Shown piece after piece: positions 62,718 through 64,000 of a stretch of 64,000 bases of DNA (positions are counted from its first letter, which is position 1; each line of letters begins with the position of its first letter). The notes beneath the pieces were generated by a model, which had not been told where the DNA came from, searched no databases, and saw only the letters and a list, made by a program, of their open reading frames with translations. The position numbers and the translations under genes were made by a program. Source of the DNA: the human T2T-CHM13v2.0 reference genome, Homo sapiens; NCBI RefSeq assembly GCF_009914755.1, contig NC_060938.1, one strand, 5' to 3'.

Positions 62718-63540
62718 TGTAACTGTAATATTTTCATTGCCTGTTGCACACAGCAAGTCAGTATACTGAGACACTGGATTTGCAGCAGAGAAAGATGTTT
62801 GATCATGAGGTCGCAGAACAAAGAGATGGGAAAAGACCTCAAATCCATCTCCCTGATGAGTTTGGGGCTAGGGTCTTTAAGGGCTTTGGAGTGGGCCAAA
62901 GTATGGAGATTGTTGATTGGTTAAAGAGTACAGGGTAGGCTGGGCACGGTGGCTCATGCCTGTAATCCCAGCACTTTGGGAAGCTGAGGTGGGAGGATCA
63001 CCTGAGGTTGGGAGTTCAAGACCAGCCTGACCAACATGGAGAAACCCCATCTCTACTAAAAATACAAAAATAGCCCGGCGTGGTGGCGCGTGAATGTAAT
63101 CGCAGTTACTCAGGAGGCTGAGGCAGGAGAGTCACTTGAACTCAGGAGGTGGAGGTTGCGGTGAGCTGAGATTGCACCATTGCACCCCAGCCTGGGCAAC
63201 AAGAGCGAAACTCTGTCTCAAAAAAAAAAAAAAAAAAAAAAGAAAAGAAAGGAAAAAAAAAAGGGTACAGGGTAAAGTCATGGCACAGGGAGATGAAGAA
63301 GCTGTATTCTCATGCTGATCTTCCTCCTCTGTGAGGGTCTTCAAACTGGTTGCTGGAATTCAGGGTCTGAGAAACATCTTAAGCAATCTTTAACCAAAAG
63401 CCTATGATTCTAATGTCTGTAGGAAAAATCCTGTCTATAGGAAAAACGTGGATGCAAATTATTCTAGTTATAACTATATTTCTGTCCAGAATCCAGTGTG
63501 CAATTTCTGTCCACCTTGTGGGGGTGGTTTCAGTATTACA
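62718..63540 (-). mobile_element. ERV1 MER4-group LTR (LOR1/MER49-like), split by Alu
   Basis: gcagcagagaaag...gacctcaaatccatctccctgatgagtttggggctagggtctttaaggg...ggtggtttcagtattaca. Confidence 0.7.
62938..63262 (+). mobile_element. AluSp-like with TSD
   Basis: accaacatggagaaaccc and aacaagagcgaaactc diagnostics; ag(a/g)gtacagggta flanks. Confidence 0.95.
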
Positions 63541-63560
63541 AATGAACAACATAACCACAC

Positions 63561-63648
63561 TGAAGGGTGAAGGGTTCCCCTTGACCCTCTGAAGATTTGC
63601 CCCCCCAAAAACAATCAACTTGCAAAAGGCAGATTAATATGAGAAAAG
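63561..63648 (-). mobile_element. MER4-group LTR fragment
   Basis: aatcaacttgcaaaaggcagattaatatgagaaaag. Confidence 0.5.
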
Positions 63649-64000
63649 TATTACAGTAGGTAGTCAGGCAGACATGAGCAGGGCAGGAGAGGCCCCCATT
63701 TCCCAGGAACTACAGGCAACCATCAGGTGATGTTCAGGCAGTTGTTAATTTCTCAAATAATAAGTGGTTGCAGCCAGCACTGGGAAAGGCAGTCTCCCAA
63801 CTGATAGAAACACCTGAAACTGCTGATCAGCAGCTTCCCAATAAGATCTCAGGAATTGGGTGAGTGGGCTCACAGATGCAGATTAAGAGGGAAAATGGCA
63901 GAGTTCAACTGGTATATGACTTTCTAAGAACATAACACTGGTAAGGGAAGAATGCCTCAAGTGAGCATGCATACAACTCCAGTAAACATATGCCCCGCCC
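63649..64000 (+). mobile_element. MER50-like ERV1 LTR, runs off window
   Basis: tattacagtaggtagtcaggcagacatgagcagggcaggagaggcccc...ccatcaggtgatgttcaggcagttgtt. Confidence 0.75.

Overview
AT-rich primate (human-like) genomic DNA that reads as intergenic or deep-intronic. I find no protein-coding exon, RNA gene, CpG island or CRISPR array, and the ORF track is explained by Alu, L1 and LTR sequence or by chance. Roughly half the window is transposon-derived: about 29 Alu/FLAM copies, L1PA/L1M/HAL1 fragments, MaLR, ERVL and ERV1 LTRs, MER5/MER33 hAT MITEs, MIR and L2. The most notable items are: (1) a near-full-length fossil autonomous hAT-Tip100 (Zaphod-like) transposon at ~7.05-11.5 kb, whose decayed transposase motifs can still be read on the minus strand although the ORF track misses them; (2) a ~130-bp-arm inverted-repeat element at 33.05-33.88 kb that I cannot assign; (3) a probable Alu-L1 template-switch chimera at 53.6-54.0 kb; (4) several short local duplications, two of them non-tandem (~106 bp and ~173 bp, both ~90% identical); (5) a 17-bp G-rich minisatellite with G4/GT-box character beside a THE1 LTR; (6) weak splice-signal evidence for a spliced lncRNA. 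I see no convincing new biological system. Repeat subfamily names come from recall of consensus sequences, not a database search, and boundaries are approximate.
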